A DNA stretch of 64,000 nt from Gemmatimonadota bacterium (GTDB lineage Bacteria > Gemmatimonadota > Gemmatimonadetes > Gemmatimonadales > GWC2-71-9), in assembly GCA_041482275.1 (NCBI GenBank), contig JBGPDL010000004.1:9862-73861 (forward strand), read 5' to 3'. Of this stretch, positions 38,813 to 51,092 are shown in pieces. The position numbers and the translations under genes are program-made. The notes under the pieces are model-generated. The model was not told where the DNA came from. It did no database searches and worked only from the letters and a program-made list of their open reading frames with translations. Positions within the stretch are counted from its first letter, which is position 1. Each line of letters starts with the position of its first letter.

Positions 38813-41079
38813 CGCGGGCCGCCCCCACTCCGTTCCCGGGCGACCCCCCGATCACGCCACAACTGGTCCGCGACCACAATCTCAACGACGCAGAGTACAC
38901 GCGCATCACCGCGCTGCTCGCGAGAACGCCTACCTTCGCGGAGCTGGGCGTCTTCTCCGCGCTGTGGAGCGAGCACTGTTCCTACAAGCACTCGCGGCCG
39001 GTCCTGAACACGTTTCCCACCACCGGACCCCAGGTGGTCCAGGGGCCCGGAGAGAACGCAGGCGTGCTGCGGCTCCCCGACGGCTGGGCGGTGGCCTTCA
39101 AGATCGAATCGCACAATCACCCCTCGGCGGTCGAGCCTTACCAGGGGGCGGCCACGGGCGTCGGCGGCATCCTGCGCGATGTGTTCACGATGGGCGCTCG
39201 GCCCGTGGCGGTGTTGAACAGCCTGCGCTTCGGCCCGCTCGACCAGGCCCGCAACCGCTATCTCTGCGCCGGCGTCGTGAAGGGGGTCGGCGACTACGGT
39301 AACTGCGTCGGCGTCCCGACCCTCGGCGGCGAAGTCGATTTCGCGCCGAGCTACGCCGGCAATCCGCTGGTCAACGCGATGTGCGTCGGCCTCCTCAGGG
39401 AGAAGGATCTCATCACGGCCGCGGCGCACGGCGTCGGCAACGTGCTGCTGGTGGTGGGCTCGCGCACGGGCCGGGACGGCATCCACGGCGCCTCGTTCGC
39501 GTCCGAGGAGCTGACGCTCGAGAGCGAGCGGCGCCGGCCCCAGGTTCAGGTGGGCGATCCGTTCACGGAGAAGCTGCTGCTCGAGGCGAGCCTCGAATTG
39601 ATCGCCTCGGGTCACATCGTCGCGATCCAGGACATGGGGGCGGCCGGGCTCACCTCGTCCTCCGCCGAGATGGCGGCCAAGGGCGGCGTCGGCGTAGAAA
39701 TCGATCTCTCGCTCGTCCCCACGCGGGAGCCGGGGATGACCCCGTACGAGATCCTGCTGTCGGAATCGCAGGAGCGCATGCTGGTGGTGGCGAAGCGCGA
39801 GCGGGTCGCGGCGGTGCAGGCCATCGCCGCGAAGTGGGAGCTCGCCGCAACCCCGATCGGCCGCGTGACCGATGACGGCCGGTACCGCGCCACGTGGGGT
39901 GCGCAGGTCGTGGTCGACATCCCGGGCCGGCCGCTGATCGAGGATTGCCCCGTCTATCACCCGGAAGCGCGAGAGGACGAGGCGATCGCCCGCCTGCGAT
40001 CAGAGCGTCCTGCTTCCCGCTCGCCGCTCCACAACCCCGCCGACCTGCTGCTCACGCTGCTGGACCATCCGCCCATCGCGTCCAAGCGCTGGGTGTACGA
40101 GCAATACGACTCGACCGTCCAAGCCGGCACGGTGATCGGGCCGGGGGGCGACGCGGGCGTGCTGCGGGTGCGTGATGCCGGGTTCGGCATCGCGGTGACC
40201 ACGGACTGCAACTCACGCTACGTGCTGCTCGACCCGTACGAAGGAGGCAAGGCGGCGGTGGCCGAAGCGGCCCGCAACATCGCATGCAGCGGTGCGCGCC
40301 CGCTCGGCATCACCGACTGCTTGAACTTCGGAAGCCCTGAGCGGCCGGCGGTGTTTTATCAGTTCCGCGAAGCCTGCCGCGGCATTGCCGAGGCGTGCCG
40401 CGCTTTCGACATCCCGGTCACGGGTGGGAACGTCTCCTTCTACAACGAGAGTCCGGCGGGCGCCGTAGACCCCACTCCGGTCGTGGGGATGGTCGGCCTG
40501 TTGTCGCGCGTGGACCGCGCGGTGCCGAGCCACGCGCGCGCCGCGGGGGATGCGATCCTGATCCTAGGCGAGACCCGAGCTGAGCTGGGGGCGTCGCAGC
40601 TGTGGGAGGCCGTGTACGGGCTGGTCGGTGGCGTGCCGCCGCGCGTGGATCTCGCGGCCGAACGCCGGCTCGTCGACTACCTCGTGACGGCCGCCGAGCG
40701 CGGTCTGCTGCGCTCCGCGCACGACTGCTCGCAGGGCGGCCTCGCTGTGGCGCTCGCCGAAGTGGCGATGGGGGGCGCATACGAGGACACCGGATTCGGC
40801 CTCGAGGCCGATCTCGCGGCGTACGGCTCCACGCTCCCCTCGCTTGAGCTGTTGTTCAGCGAATCCCAGGCTCGCGCGATCGTTACGTGCCGCCCGGAAC
40901 GCGCGGCTGCGCTGACAGCGCTGGCGCAGGAGATCGGCGTCCCCGCGCAGCGGATCGGCACGGTAGGTGAGCGGGGCGGTGTGGTGCGGTGGCAGTTGCG
41001 CGACGCAACGGTAGCGCACCCCGTCGACCGGCTGCGTCAGGTATATTTCTCGAGCCTATCCCGGCGCATGGGAGATTGA
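38809..41079 (+). CDS. purL: FGAM synthase large subunit PurL
   Basis: Trimmed from ORF 38614..41079 to the GTG at 38809 (GTGA overlap). [39 protein letters not shown]. Confidence 0.95.
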   Translation: MTRAAPTPFPGDPPITPQLVRDHNLNDAEYTRITALLARTPTFAELGVFSALWSEHCSYKHSRPVLNTFPTTGPQVVQGPGENAGVLRLPDGWAVAFKIESHNHPSAVEPYQGAATGVGGILRDVFTMGARPVAVLNSLRFGPLDQARNRYLCAGVVKGVGDYGNCVGVPTLGGEVDFAPSYAGNPLVNAMCVGLLREKDLITAAAHGVGNVLLVVGSRTGRDGIHGASFASEELTLESERRRPQVQVGDPFTEKLLLEASLELIASGHIVAIQDMGAAGLTSSSAEMAAKGGVGVEIDLSLVPTREPGMTPYEILLSESQERMLVVAKRERVAAVQAIAAKWELAATPIGRVTDDGRYRATWGAQVVVDIPGRPLIEDCPVYHPEAREDEAIARLRSERPASRSPLHNPADLLLTLLDHPPIASKRWVYEQYDSTVQAGTVIGPGGDAGVLRVRDAGFGIAVTTDCNSRYVLLDPYEGGKAAVAEAARNIACSGARPLGITDCLNFGSPERPAVFYQFREACRGIAEACRAFDIPVTGGNVSFYNESPAGAVDPTPVVGMVGLLSRVDRAVPSHARAAGDAILILGETRAELGASQLWEAVYGLVGGVPPRVDLAAERRLVDYLVTAAERGLLRSAHDCSQGGLAVALAEVAMGGAYEDTGFGLEADLAAYGSTLPSLELLFSESQARAIVTCRPERAAALTALAQEIGVPAQRIGTVGERGGVVRWQLRDATVAHPVDRLRQVYFSSLSRRMGD

Positions 41080-41085
41080 GGACGG

Positions 41086-42486
41086 ATGTGCGGCATCATC
41101 GGCGTCACCGGTGTTTCCGACGCGGCCCGCGTCGCCTATCTCGGCCTCTACAGCCTGCAGCACCGGGGGCAGGAGTCGGCGGGCGTCGTTGCCGTCGACG
41201 GTGAGGGCGTGGCGCGGTCGCACCGGGGCATGGGTTTGGTCTCGGACATTTTCGACGAGAAGGTCCTGAGCGACCTGCCCGGCGACGTCGCCATCGGCCA
41301 CACGCGCTATTCCACGGCCGGCACGTCGGTGCTCGCCAACGCCCAACCGCTGCTCGCGCGTTACCGCGAGGGCCCCCTCGCCCTTGCACACAACGGCAAC
41401 CTCACGAACGCGGTGCAGCTCCGGTCCGACCTCGTGACCAAGGGATCCCTGTTCCAGAGCTCGTCGGACAGCGAAGTGCTGGTGCACTTGATCGCGCGCT
41501 CGGAGGCGCGTGAGCCCGAGGACCAGCTGCTCGACGCTCTCGAGCGGGTCGAGGGAGCGTATTCGCTGCTCATCACCATCGGCCGCACGCTGTACGCGAT
41601 CGTGGACCCGCGCGGCTTCCGGCCGCTGGTGCTGGGCCGGCTGGGACGTGGCTGGGTGGTCGCGTCCGAGACCTGCGCCCTCGACATCACCGGCGCCACG
41701 CCGGTGCGGGAGCTCGAGCCCGGCGACTTCGTCCGTATCCACGGCGAGGACGTCGACCAGCTGCCGCGGCTTCCCGCTCTGCCGCACCGCCGCTGCGTCT
41801 TCGAGCTCGTGTACTTCTCGCGCCCGGACAGCACCGTATTCCACCGCTCGGTGGACGGCGTGCGCCGGGCCCTGGGACGCGAGCTCGCTAGCGAGCATCC
41901 GGCCCCGGGCGCCGATTGCGTGTTCTCCGTTCCCGACTCATCGAACGCGATGGCGCTTGGCTTCTCCGAGCGGTCGGGGACCAAGCTCGAGCATGCGCTC
42001 ATCCGCAATCACTACGTCGGCCGGACGTTCATTCACCCCGCGCAGGCCGGCCGCATGGCGAAGGTCAAGATCAAGTTCAACCCCGTGCGGGAAGTGCTGC
42101 AGGGAAAGAAGGTCGTGGTGGTAGACGACTCGATCGTGCGCGGCACCACGAGCCGGGCGCTGGTGCAGCTGATCCGCCAGGCGGGCGCCGCCGAGGTCCA
42201 TTTCCGCGTCGCCTCCCCGCCCATCACCGGACCGTGCTATTACGGGATCGACACGCCGAGCAGAAACGAACTGATCGCCTCGAGCAACGACGTCGAGCAG
42301 ATCCGTGAGCACCTGGGCGTAGACTCGCTTGGCTATCTCTCGCTCGACGGGATGCTGCGCGCCGCGGGCGGCGACCCGGCCGAATTCTGTCACGCCTGTT
42401 TTTCGGGCGCCTATCCCACCGACATCCCCGAAGACCTCGACCGGGCCCGCAACGCGGCGCCGCTCCTCGCCGCCATCCCGAGCTGA
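41086..42486 (+). CDS. purF: amidophosphoribosyltransferase
   Basis: 466 aa. N-terminal MCGIIGV (Ntn Cys) and the PRPP loop VVVVDDSIVRGTT. Confidence 0.95.
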   Translation: MCGIIGVTGVSDAARVAYLGLYSLQHRGQESAGVVAVDGEGVARSHRGMGLVSDIFDEKVLSDLPGDVAIGHTRYSTAGTSVLANAQPLLARYREGPLALAHNGNLTNAVQLRSDLVTKGSLFQSSSDSEVLVHLIARSEAREPEDQLLDALERVEGAYSLLITIGRTLYAIVDPRGFRPLVLGRLGRGWVVASETCALDITGATPVRELEPGDFVRIHGEDVDQLPRLPALPHRRCVFELVYFSRPDSTVFHRSVDGVRRALGRELASEHPAPGADCVFSVPDSSNAMALGFSERSGTKLEHALIRNHYVGRTFIHPAQAGRMAKVKIKFNPVREVLQGKKVVVVDDSIVRGTTSRALVQLIRQAGAAEVHFRVASPPITGPCYYGIDTPSRNELIASSNDVEQIREHLGVDSLGYLSLDGMLRAAGGDPAEFCHACFSGAYPTDIPEDLDRARNAAPLLAAIPS

Positions 42487-42492
42487 CCCGCC

Positions 42493-45158
<2,666 letters not shown>

Positions 45159-45162
<4 letters not shown>

Positions 45163-45821
45163 CCCTTGGACAGCGCCGCACCGATCAACAGCGCGACCAC
45201 GAACGCGATGGTCGCGGCGGTGTACGCCGTGCCCTTGCTGGTCTTGTGCGTCACCGCGACTCCGACCGATGTGAGGAACAGCCCGTATACCGTGAACGGA
45301 TTGATGCCGCGTAGCAACGCCAGCACGAACCCCTTCGCGTCCGGTACGAGCAGGTCGAGCCCCAGAGCGGGCTGCAGGTCCACCGTGCCCGCAATGGAGC
45401 CCGTACCGCGCATCATGAGTACGATCACCCCCACGATCTGGAGCAGCGTGTAGGTGATCGAGGCGTACGTGGTGACGCTGAGCAGCGTCCCATACTTCGC
45501 TTCGCCTCCCAGGACCGACACGCCCACCCACAGGATCAGCGCGTTGACGAGCAGGAACAGCCCGTAGATGATGGGCGCGACCGCGATCCCGATGGGCGCG
45601 AACTTCATCCCGGCCTCGGCCTGTTCGGGGGTCATGTTGGGCGTCTGGGCGAACTGGGCCGCGAGAGCGACCTTCACGTACGGCAACTGCAGCACGCCGA
45701 TCGCCACGGTGATGACCGCGAGGGTGAGGAACGGCGCCAGGAACCGCGGTTTCTCCCGTACGCGCTGGAACACGGCGGTGGGCTCGAGCAGCACGTTGAC
45801 GAGATCCAGGACCGCGTCCAT
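45159..45821 (-). CDS. Yip1-domain integral membrane protein
   Basis: ORF 45159..45839 (TTG); the ATG at 45821 (MDAVLDLVNVLLEP) is preferred. Five hydrophobic helices and a layout typical of bacterial Yip1 proteins. Confidence 0.6.
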
Positions 45822-45877
45822 ACACGTCTCTGGGGGCAAGGGGTGGTTGAGGGCGATGATTGTAACGTCGAAACCGC

Positions 45878-45919
45878 AAACGGGAAACGTGTCCCGTTTC
45901 CGGTCTCACGTTTCCCGTT
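45878..45919 (-). terminator. nested/alternative hairpins downstream of ssrA (probable terminator)
   Basis: AAACGGGA (45878-45885) pairs with TCCCGTTT (45892-45899). A 13-nt perfect inverted repeat joins AACGGGAAACGTG (45879-45891) and CACGTTTCCCGTT (45907-45919). On the sense strand it is followed by TTTGCGGTTT. Confidence 0.5.
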
Positions 45920-45924
45920 CTCGA

Positions 45925-46281
45925 TGGAGGCGCGGGGAATCGAACCCCGGTCCGAGAATGACTCCGATACCGCCACTACGTGCGTAGGCGAAGCTTGAGC
46001 GGTCTCACCACCAGGGCGCCTCGCCGGCCCCGGCAGCAACCAGCCCTTACCAGCTCTTACGCGACCCGTTCGGGCACCGGATCACGCCAGCCCGATTTTG
46101 CGATACGTGAGCGCCGCCTCAGGCGGGCTGCCACTCACGCAGGTGCGTGAAGCCGAAGCTTACGCAGCCAGTGCCAGGTTTGAATTGGCAGTTATGAATT
46201 GTGCCAGTGGTTTAGCCAGGTAACTGACAACCTGGGCACGCAGCGACATCCTCGCCAAACCCGTCGAAGCCTGTCGCCCCC
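45925..46281 (-). ncRNA. ssrA: tmRNA (SsrA), one-piece, tag peptide ANSNLALAA
   Basis: The minus strand reads 5' GGGGGCGACAGGCTTCGACGGG ... GGTTCGATTCCCCGCGCCTCCA 3'. The acceptor stem has a G3:U pair and the T-arm is GGTTCGATTCC. The tag frame GCC AAT TCA AAC CTG GCA CTG GCT GCG TAA lies at 46189-46160. CCA is not encoded. Confidence 0.95.
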
Positions 46282-46289
46282 GTGAAGCT

Positions 46290-46318
46290 AACCTAGTCCC
46301 AAGCTCGGGCTTTTTCAA
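46290..46318 (-). promoter_or_regulatory. candidate ssrA promoter (TTGAAA-N17-TAGGTT)
   Basis: -35 at 46318-46313 and -10 at 46295-46290, 8 nt before the tmRNA 5' G at 46281. Confidence 0.5.
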
Positions 46319-46368
46319 CTCCAACGTGCCCGCTGGCCGATTCGGCGCCACGAGCTACAATTTGCTGC

Positions 46369-47319
46369 GTGGACAGCAACGGATCGGTGCGGAGCTCTCC
46401 GTACGTGCGGCTGGCGGCGTATTACATCCTGCTCGGGCTCGCTGTGTGGCTGCTGGCCTCTCTCTTCCCCGCGATCCCGCAGCTGCTCGAGCGCTTCCGT
46501 GACATGTCCGCGCTCGGCATCGTGACCGCGCGCCGCGGCCGCGATCTCGAGCAGGTCGTGGGGCCGGCCGCCCAGACTCTGTCACAGGCCGAATGGGCGC
46601 TCGTCACGGTGCTGTCCATGCTCACCGCACTGGCCCTCGTGCTCCCGGTCGCCCGGGTCTACATGCTCACGAAGCGGCGGACCGGCTACGATCAGTCGGT
46701 CGTGCAGACCGTGATCATGCTCCCCATGACCGTGGCGGGAACGGTCATCCTCGTGCAGAACAGCCTCGCGCTGGCGTTCACGCTCGCGGCGATCGTCGCG
46801 GCCGTCCGCTTCCGCAATACGCTCAAGGACACGAAAGACGCGGTGTACATCTTCCTCGCGCTTGCGGTCGGCGTCGCCGCGGGCGTGTTCGCGCCGGCGG
46901 TCGCGGCCGTGATGTCCGTCATTTTCAATGTCGTCGTACTGAGCCTGTGGCAATTCAACGTGGGGAACATCTACGCCGACAGGCTCGGCACGGCTCGAGC
47001 CGACCGGTTGCAACCCCACATCGAGACCGACGGCAGTGAAAAAAAGAAACGCTTCAACGGCGCGCTACTCATTGAAGCGGCGCGCCTCGAGCCCGCGCAG
47101 GGTGTCGTGGAGACACTGCTCGAGCGGCACGTCAAACGCTGGAAGCTCGCGGGCGTCGTCGCGTCGGTTCACGGCACTTGGACCCTCGAGTACCTGGTGC
47201 GTATCAAGGACGACGCCTCGGGGGCGAGACTGGCCGAGGACTTGAAGAGTCAGGGGGTGGCGGATATCCTGGCCGCCGAGTTCCGGTCGCTGCGCGGCAT
47301 CCGGTCCAAACAGGAGTAA
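46369..47319 (+). CDS. DUF4956/MgtC-like membrane protein with a soluble ACT-like C-terminal domain
   Basis: 316 aa with a GTG start. Four to five TM helices, VRFRNTLKDTKDAVYIFLALAVGVAAG resembling the MgtC/DUF4956 core, and a soluble tail of about 110 aa. Family call is from memory only. Confidence 0.5.
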   Translation: MDSNGSVRSSPYVRLAAYYILLGLAVWLLASLFPAIPQLLERFRDMSALGIVTARRGRDLEQVVGPAAQTLSQAEWALVTVLSMLTALALVLPVARVYMLTKRRTGYDQSVVQTVIMLPMTVAGTVILVQNSLALAFTLAAIVAAVRFRNTLKDTKDAVYIFLALAVGVAAGVFAPAVAAVMSVIFNVVVLSLWQFNVGNIYADRLGTARADRLQPHIETDGSEKKKRFNGALLIEAARLEPAQGVVETLLERHVKRWKLAGVVASVHGTWTLEYLVRIKDDASGARLAEDLKSQGVADILAAEFRSLRGIRSKQE

Positions 47320-47341
47320 CACGTCCCGCGCGGTGGCGGGG

Positions 47342-48886
47342 TCAACCGAACAACCGTGCCAGGTCTCCTCGTGCTCTCTCCACCCGGTTCCGACCCGCCT
47401 GTTTCGCCGCGTACAAGGCCGCGTCGGCCGCGCTTGGCAGATTGGCCAGTTCGGCCACCGTGTCGGGGTACCCGGCGACACCGCACGACACGCTAAGCGC
47501 GTACGCGTCCCCACTCCACCGCCAGATCGTGGACTCGACCGTGGCGCGGATGCGCTCCGCAATCTCGATCCCCGATTCGGTCGGCGTGTGCGGCATCCAG
47601 ACGGCGAACTCCTCACCGCCAATCCGCGCGACGAGGTCCTTGTCACGCACCGCGCCCTCGAGAATCCGAGCCACATGCCGCAGGGCCGCGTCGCCCGCGG
47701 CGTGCCCCAGGGAGTCGTTGAGCTTCTTGAAATGGTCCAGGTCGGCGTAGATCAAGGCTGCGACCGGGGGCGCCTTACTGCCGTGCTGCCCCAGCGCGCG
47801 CTCGAACTCCCGTCGGTTACGCAAGCCGGTGAGCGGATCGCGCACCGCCCGTTGCTCCGCCTCGTGCAGCGCCCGGGCTGCGGCGAGGCGCGAGCCCAAC
47901 TCGGCCACGAGCCGCTGCAGCTGGTCGCCGGCCGGTGTTCCCGCGGCGAGCGGCAGCCCCATCACCACCAGCGCACCGATCGCGAAATGCCCGTCGAGCA
48001 GGGGGTATGCGGTGCCGGCGCGATCCTGTCGCCGGCGGTCGGGGAGGGCGCTCCCGAACACGTCCTCGGCTCCCTGCGACGCCACAGGCACGCGGGATGT
48101 GATGGCCCGCTGTGCCGGCGCGTCCGAGCTGAGGGTGAGCCACTCGAGCCGGCTGTCGGCGGCCGTCGAGACGGCGACGACGCGCGCTTCTCCCGCACCG
48201 GAGCCCACGCCCTGCAGCACGATCGCAGCGCCGCGCTGGGTGATCTGCTGGGCCAGCGCCGCGCCCGCCTTGGCGATCCCCTCGAGCGTCTGTGCCCCGC
48301 CCGTGATCGCGGCGAGCTGCTTCGAGACCAGCTGAGTCGGCTGCTCGGCCGCCTCGCGCCACCGCGCCAGCCGCATGCCCGCCACCAAGCGCCGCAGCTC
48401 GTCCGCGACGCGCTCCACCACCGGCGGCGTGACATCCGCTTGTGGCAGCAGCAGCCCGGCGCCGAAGGGGAAGTCGCCAACGGCCACGTAGCTCCCGGCG
48501 GCCTCCCGCGCCACGTGCGCGCGTCCGTCCACGGACGCGAGCTGGACCAGCGCCGCCCCCCGCTCCCGGGCCGCCCGACCCGGCGGCGGCTCGCCCACGA
48601 CCTCGAACTCGGTTTCGTCCAGCCCGACGACCCACCCGGCCTGCGCGCCGTGCGCCCGACGCAGCAGGTCCAGCATGTGCTGGAAGTCCGAGGGTCGGGT
48701 GGGCGGCGCGTCGGCCAGCCACACACGCACCAGCGGGCCCAGCGCCAGGCCGATGGCGGCGGCGAAGCCGCCCAGGGCGGCGACCAGCGCCCACACGTCC
48801 GCCGCCATGACGCCACGCACGACGGCGGCGAGACCGAGCACCGCAAAACCGCGCCCGACCCACACCCCTGCCGGGGGAAGCTTCAC
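47342..48886 (-). CDS. membrane-anchored diguanylate cyclase (2 TM + tandem GAF-like sensor + GGDEF)
   Basis: Trimmed from ORF 47342..49471 to the GTG at 48886 (GTGA overlap with the larB stop). DPLTGLRNRREF and the active-site RIGGEEFAV. I did not verify an RxxD I-site. Confidence 0.85.
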   Translation of the reverse strand: MKLPPAGVWVGRGFAVLGLAAVVRGVMAADVWALVAALGGFAAAIGLALGPLVRVWLADAPPTRPSDFQHMLDLLRRAHGAQAGWVVGLDETEFEVVGEPPPGRAARERGAALVQLASVDGRAHVAREAAGSYVAVGDFPFGAGLLLPQADVTPPVVERVADELRRLVAGMRLARWREAAEQPTQLVSKQLAAITGGAQTLEGIAKAGAALAQQITQRGAAIVLQGVGSGAGEARVVAVSTAADSRLEWLTLSSDAPAQRAITSRVPVASQGAEDVFGSALPDRRRQDRAGTAYPLLDGHFAIGALVVMGLPLAAGTPAGDQLQRLVAELGSRLAAARALHEAEQRAVRDPLTGLRNRREFERALGQHGSKAPPVAALIYADLDHFKKLNDSLGHAAGDAALRHVARILEGAVRDKDLVARIGGEEFAVWMPHTPTESGIEIAERIRATVESTIWRWSGDAYALSVSCGVAGYPDTVAELANLPSAADAALYAAKQAGRNRVERARGDLARLFG

Positions 48887-49569
48887 GAGTGATTGATGCG
48901 GCTCGCGGCGGCCGCCGCGCCGAATCCGTTGTCGATGTTGACCACCGTCACGCCCGATGCGCACGAGTTCAGCATGCCGAGCAGCGCGGCGATCCCGCCG
49001 AATGCGGCGCCGTACCCCACGCTCGTCGGGACCGCGATCACGGGGACCGCCACGAGCCCGCCCACCACGCTGGGCAGCGCCCCCTCCATGCCTGCCACCA
49101 CGACGACCACCGCCGCGCTGCGCAGCACGTCCGTCTGCGTGAGAATGCGGTGGATGCCCGCGACACCGACGTCGGTCAGTCGCGCGACGCGGTTCCGGAA
49201 CGCTCGCGCGGTCACCGCCGCCTCTTCGGCAACCGGAAGATCGCTTGTCCCCGCGGTGACGATGAGAATGGTTCCCCGCCCCGTCGGCTCGGGCTCCGGG
49301 ACGCCCGGCAGGTACACCGTGCGCCCCAACTCGTTGATCTCCGCCCGCGCGAAGCGCGCCGCGAGCGCCGCGCGGTGGGCGGGCTCGCCGCGCGTCGCGA
49401 GAAAGCCGCCCGCCGCCGCCTCGAGCCGCTCGGCGATCCCCACCACCTGTTCGGGCGTCTTGCCCTGACACAGAATCACCTCCTGGTGCCCCTGCGTCGC
49501 AGGCCGGAGGTGATCGATGGAGGCGAACGGCAGGCGCTCGATGAAGCGCCCCAGATCCTCAAGGTTCAC
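48883..49569 (-). CDS. larB: LarB-type AIR-carboxylase-family protein (nickel-pincer cofactor biosynthesis)
   Basis: 228 aa. ILIVTAGTSDLPVAEEA and VVVVVAGMEGALPSVVGGLV...VIAVPTSVGYG match the PurE-like LarB pattern. Confidence 0.75.
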   Translation of the reverse strand: MNLEDLGRFIERLPFASIDHLRPATQGHQEVILCQGKTPEQVVGIAERLEAAAGGFLATRGEPAHRAALAARFARAEINELGRTVYLPGVPEPEPTGRGTILIVTAGTSDLPVAEEAAVTARAFRNRVARLTDVGVAGIHRILTQTDVLRSAAVVVVVAGMEGALPSVVGGLVAVPVIAVPTSVGYGAAFGGIAALLGMLNSCASGVTVVNIDNGFGAAAAASRINHS

Positions 49570-50555
49570 GCCGCCTGCTCCACGCCGCTCCCGGCTAGAT
49601 AGGCCGTGAAAATCGCTTCGGCCTGCCGCATCGACTCGATCTTGAACAGCCGCTCGCGCAAGCTCGCGGCACCCGGCACGCCTTTCGTATACCAGCCGAA
49701 GTGCTTGCGGAACTCGAGCGCCGTCTTACGGGTGTCGCCCTGCAGCTGGAGCGCGAGTCGCGCGTGCTCGAGCGCGGTGGCGAACCGCTCCTCGGGACTG
49801 GGATCGGCCCGCTTCGCCCGCCCCGCGATCAAGTCCCGCGCCTGCGTGAAGATCCAGGGATTGCCGAACGCGCCCCGGGCGATCATGGCGCCCGCGCAGT
49901 TCGTGTGCGCCCGCATGGCGACCACGTCCTCGGCGGTGGCGATGTCGCCGTTCCCGATCACCGGGATGTCGAGCGCCTCGACCACGCGCGCGATCTCGTC
50001 CCAGTTCGCCTTCCCCGAGAACATCTGGGTCCGCGTACGTGCGTGCAGCGTGAGCGCCCGCGCCCCCGCCTCGCGGCAGCGCAGCGCGATCGTGATGGGG
50101 TCGCGTTGCGCGTCGTCCCAGCCGCTCCGGATCTTCACCGTCACGGGGAGGTGCGTCGCACTCTGCACCGCACCGATGATCCGCTGCACCAGACCCAGAT
50201 CCTTCAGGCAGCCCGACCCACCGTTGTTCTTGACGACCTTCTTGACCGGGCAGCCGAAGTTGATGTCGATGAAGTCCGGTGTGTACGCCGCGGTGACCAT
50301 CTCCGCCGCCCGGGCCATCACTCGGGCGTCCGCGCCATACAGCTGAATCCCGATGGGACGCTCGCCCGGCTCGAACCGCATGTCGGCGAACAGGTGCTCG
50401 AGGCCACGCGCCACGCCGACAGCGGAAATGAACTCGGACACCACCACGTCGGCACCGTGACGGCGGGAGAGCAGCCGGAACGGCGACTCCGACACCCCCG
50501 ACATGGGGGCGAGGAAGAGGGGAAAGTCGTGCTCCAGGGGATACGGGAAGTGCAT
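49566..50555 (-). CDS. dusB: tRNA-dihydrouridine synthase
   Basis: ORF 49566..50630; the ATG at 50555 (MHFPYPLEHDFPLFLAPMSGVS) is preferred. INFGCP, and the catalytic Cys region NNGGSGCLKD. Confidence 0.85.
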   Translation of the reverse strand: MHFPYPLEHDFPLFLAPMSGVSESPFRLLSRRHGADVVVSEFISAVGVARGLEHLFADMRFEPGERPIGIQLYGADARVMARAAEMVTAAYTPDFIDINFGCPVKKVVKNNGGSGCLKDLGLVQRIIGAVQSATHLPVTVKIRSGWDDAQRDPITIALRCREAGARALTLHARTRTQMFSGKANWDEIARVVEALDIPVIGNGDIATAEDVVAMRAHTNCAGAMIARGAFGNPWIFTQARDLIAGRAKRADPSPEERFATALEHARLALQLQGDTRKTALEFRKHFGWYTKGVPGAASLRERLFKIESMRQAEAIFTAYLAGSGVEQAA

Positions 50556-50635
50556 GGAAGAGAACGTAATGACGCGTTGCGCGAGGAGCAACCAGTCATT
50601 ACGTTTCGCCGCCGTTCCGACCGGAGCCACTACTC

Positions 50636-51088
50636 GTGCGCTTGCGTGAATTCTTCGCCGACGACGCGATCAACCTGCAGCTTGAGAGCACCACCAAGGA
50701 CGACGTCTTGAAGGAGCTCGTCGGCCTGCTCAAGCTCGACGACAAGGCGGAGCAGATCCTCGTCAAGATGTTGAAGCGACGCGAAACCCTGGGCTCGACG
50801 GGGATCGGCCAGAACATCGCGATCCCGCACTGTCGCGCCCTCGCGGTCAATCGGTTGCGGGTCGCGTTCGGCCGCAAGCTCGAGGGCATCGACTTCAATG
50901 CCATCGACGGCAAGCCGGTCCACTACTTCTTCCTGATCGTCGCCCCGCCGCTCGAGGTGTCCAACCAGTATCTGCCGGTGCTCGGCAAGATCGCGCAGTT
51001 TGCGAAAGAGCCCGACGTGCCGGCGAAGCTCGCGATGATCTCCACCCCGCCGGAGTTCCTGAAGCTCCTGGAAGACAAGAACATCTGA
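50636..51088 (+). CDS. PTS EIIA-2 domain protein, second PtsN-like paralogue
   Basis: 150 aa with a GTG start. TGIGQNIAIPHCR contains the phospho-His site. Confidence 0.8.
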   Translation: MRLREFFADDAINLQLESTTKDDVLKELVGLLKLDDKAEQILVKMLKRRETLGSTGIGQNIAIPHCRALAVNRLRVAFGRKLEGIDFNAIDGKPVHYFFLIVAPPLEVSNQYLPVLGKIAQFAKEPDVPAKLAMISTPPEFLKLLEDKNI

Positions 51089-51092
51089 CGCG

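Noticed and set aside
45840-46368. tmRNA gene as an integration site for a genomic island
   Set aside because: There is no integrase, no duplicated copy of the ssrA 3' end, and the flanking genes (Yip1, DUF4956) have the same GC-rich composition as the rest of the window.
47039-47045. A7 homopolymer inside the DUF4956-like gene as a frameshift or phase-variation site
   Set aside because: It simply encodes KKK in an interdomain linker (GSEKKKRF). Neither shifted frame yields a plausible alternative ORF.
47320-47341. Short GC hairpins as terminators: CCCGC/GCGGG at 47325-47340, and GGGAG/CTCCC at 58816-58830
   Set aside because: They have 5-bp stems and no U-tract on either strand. This is too weak to call.
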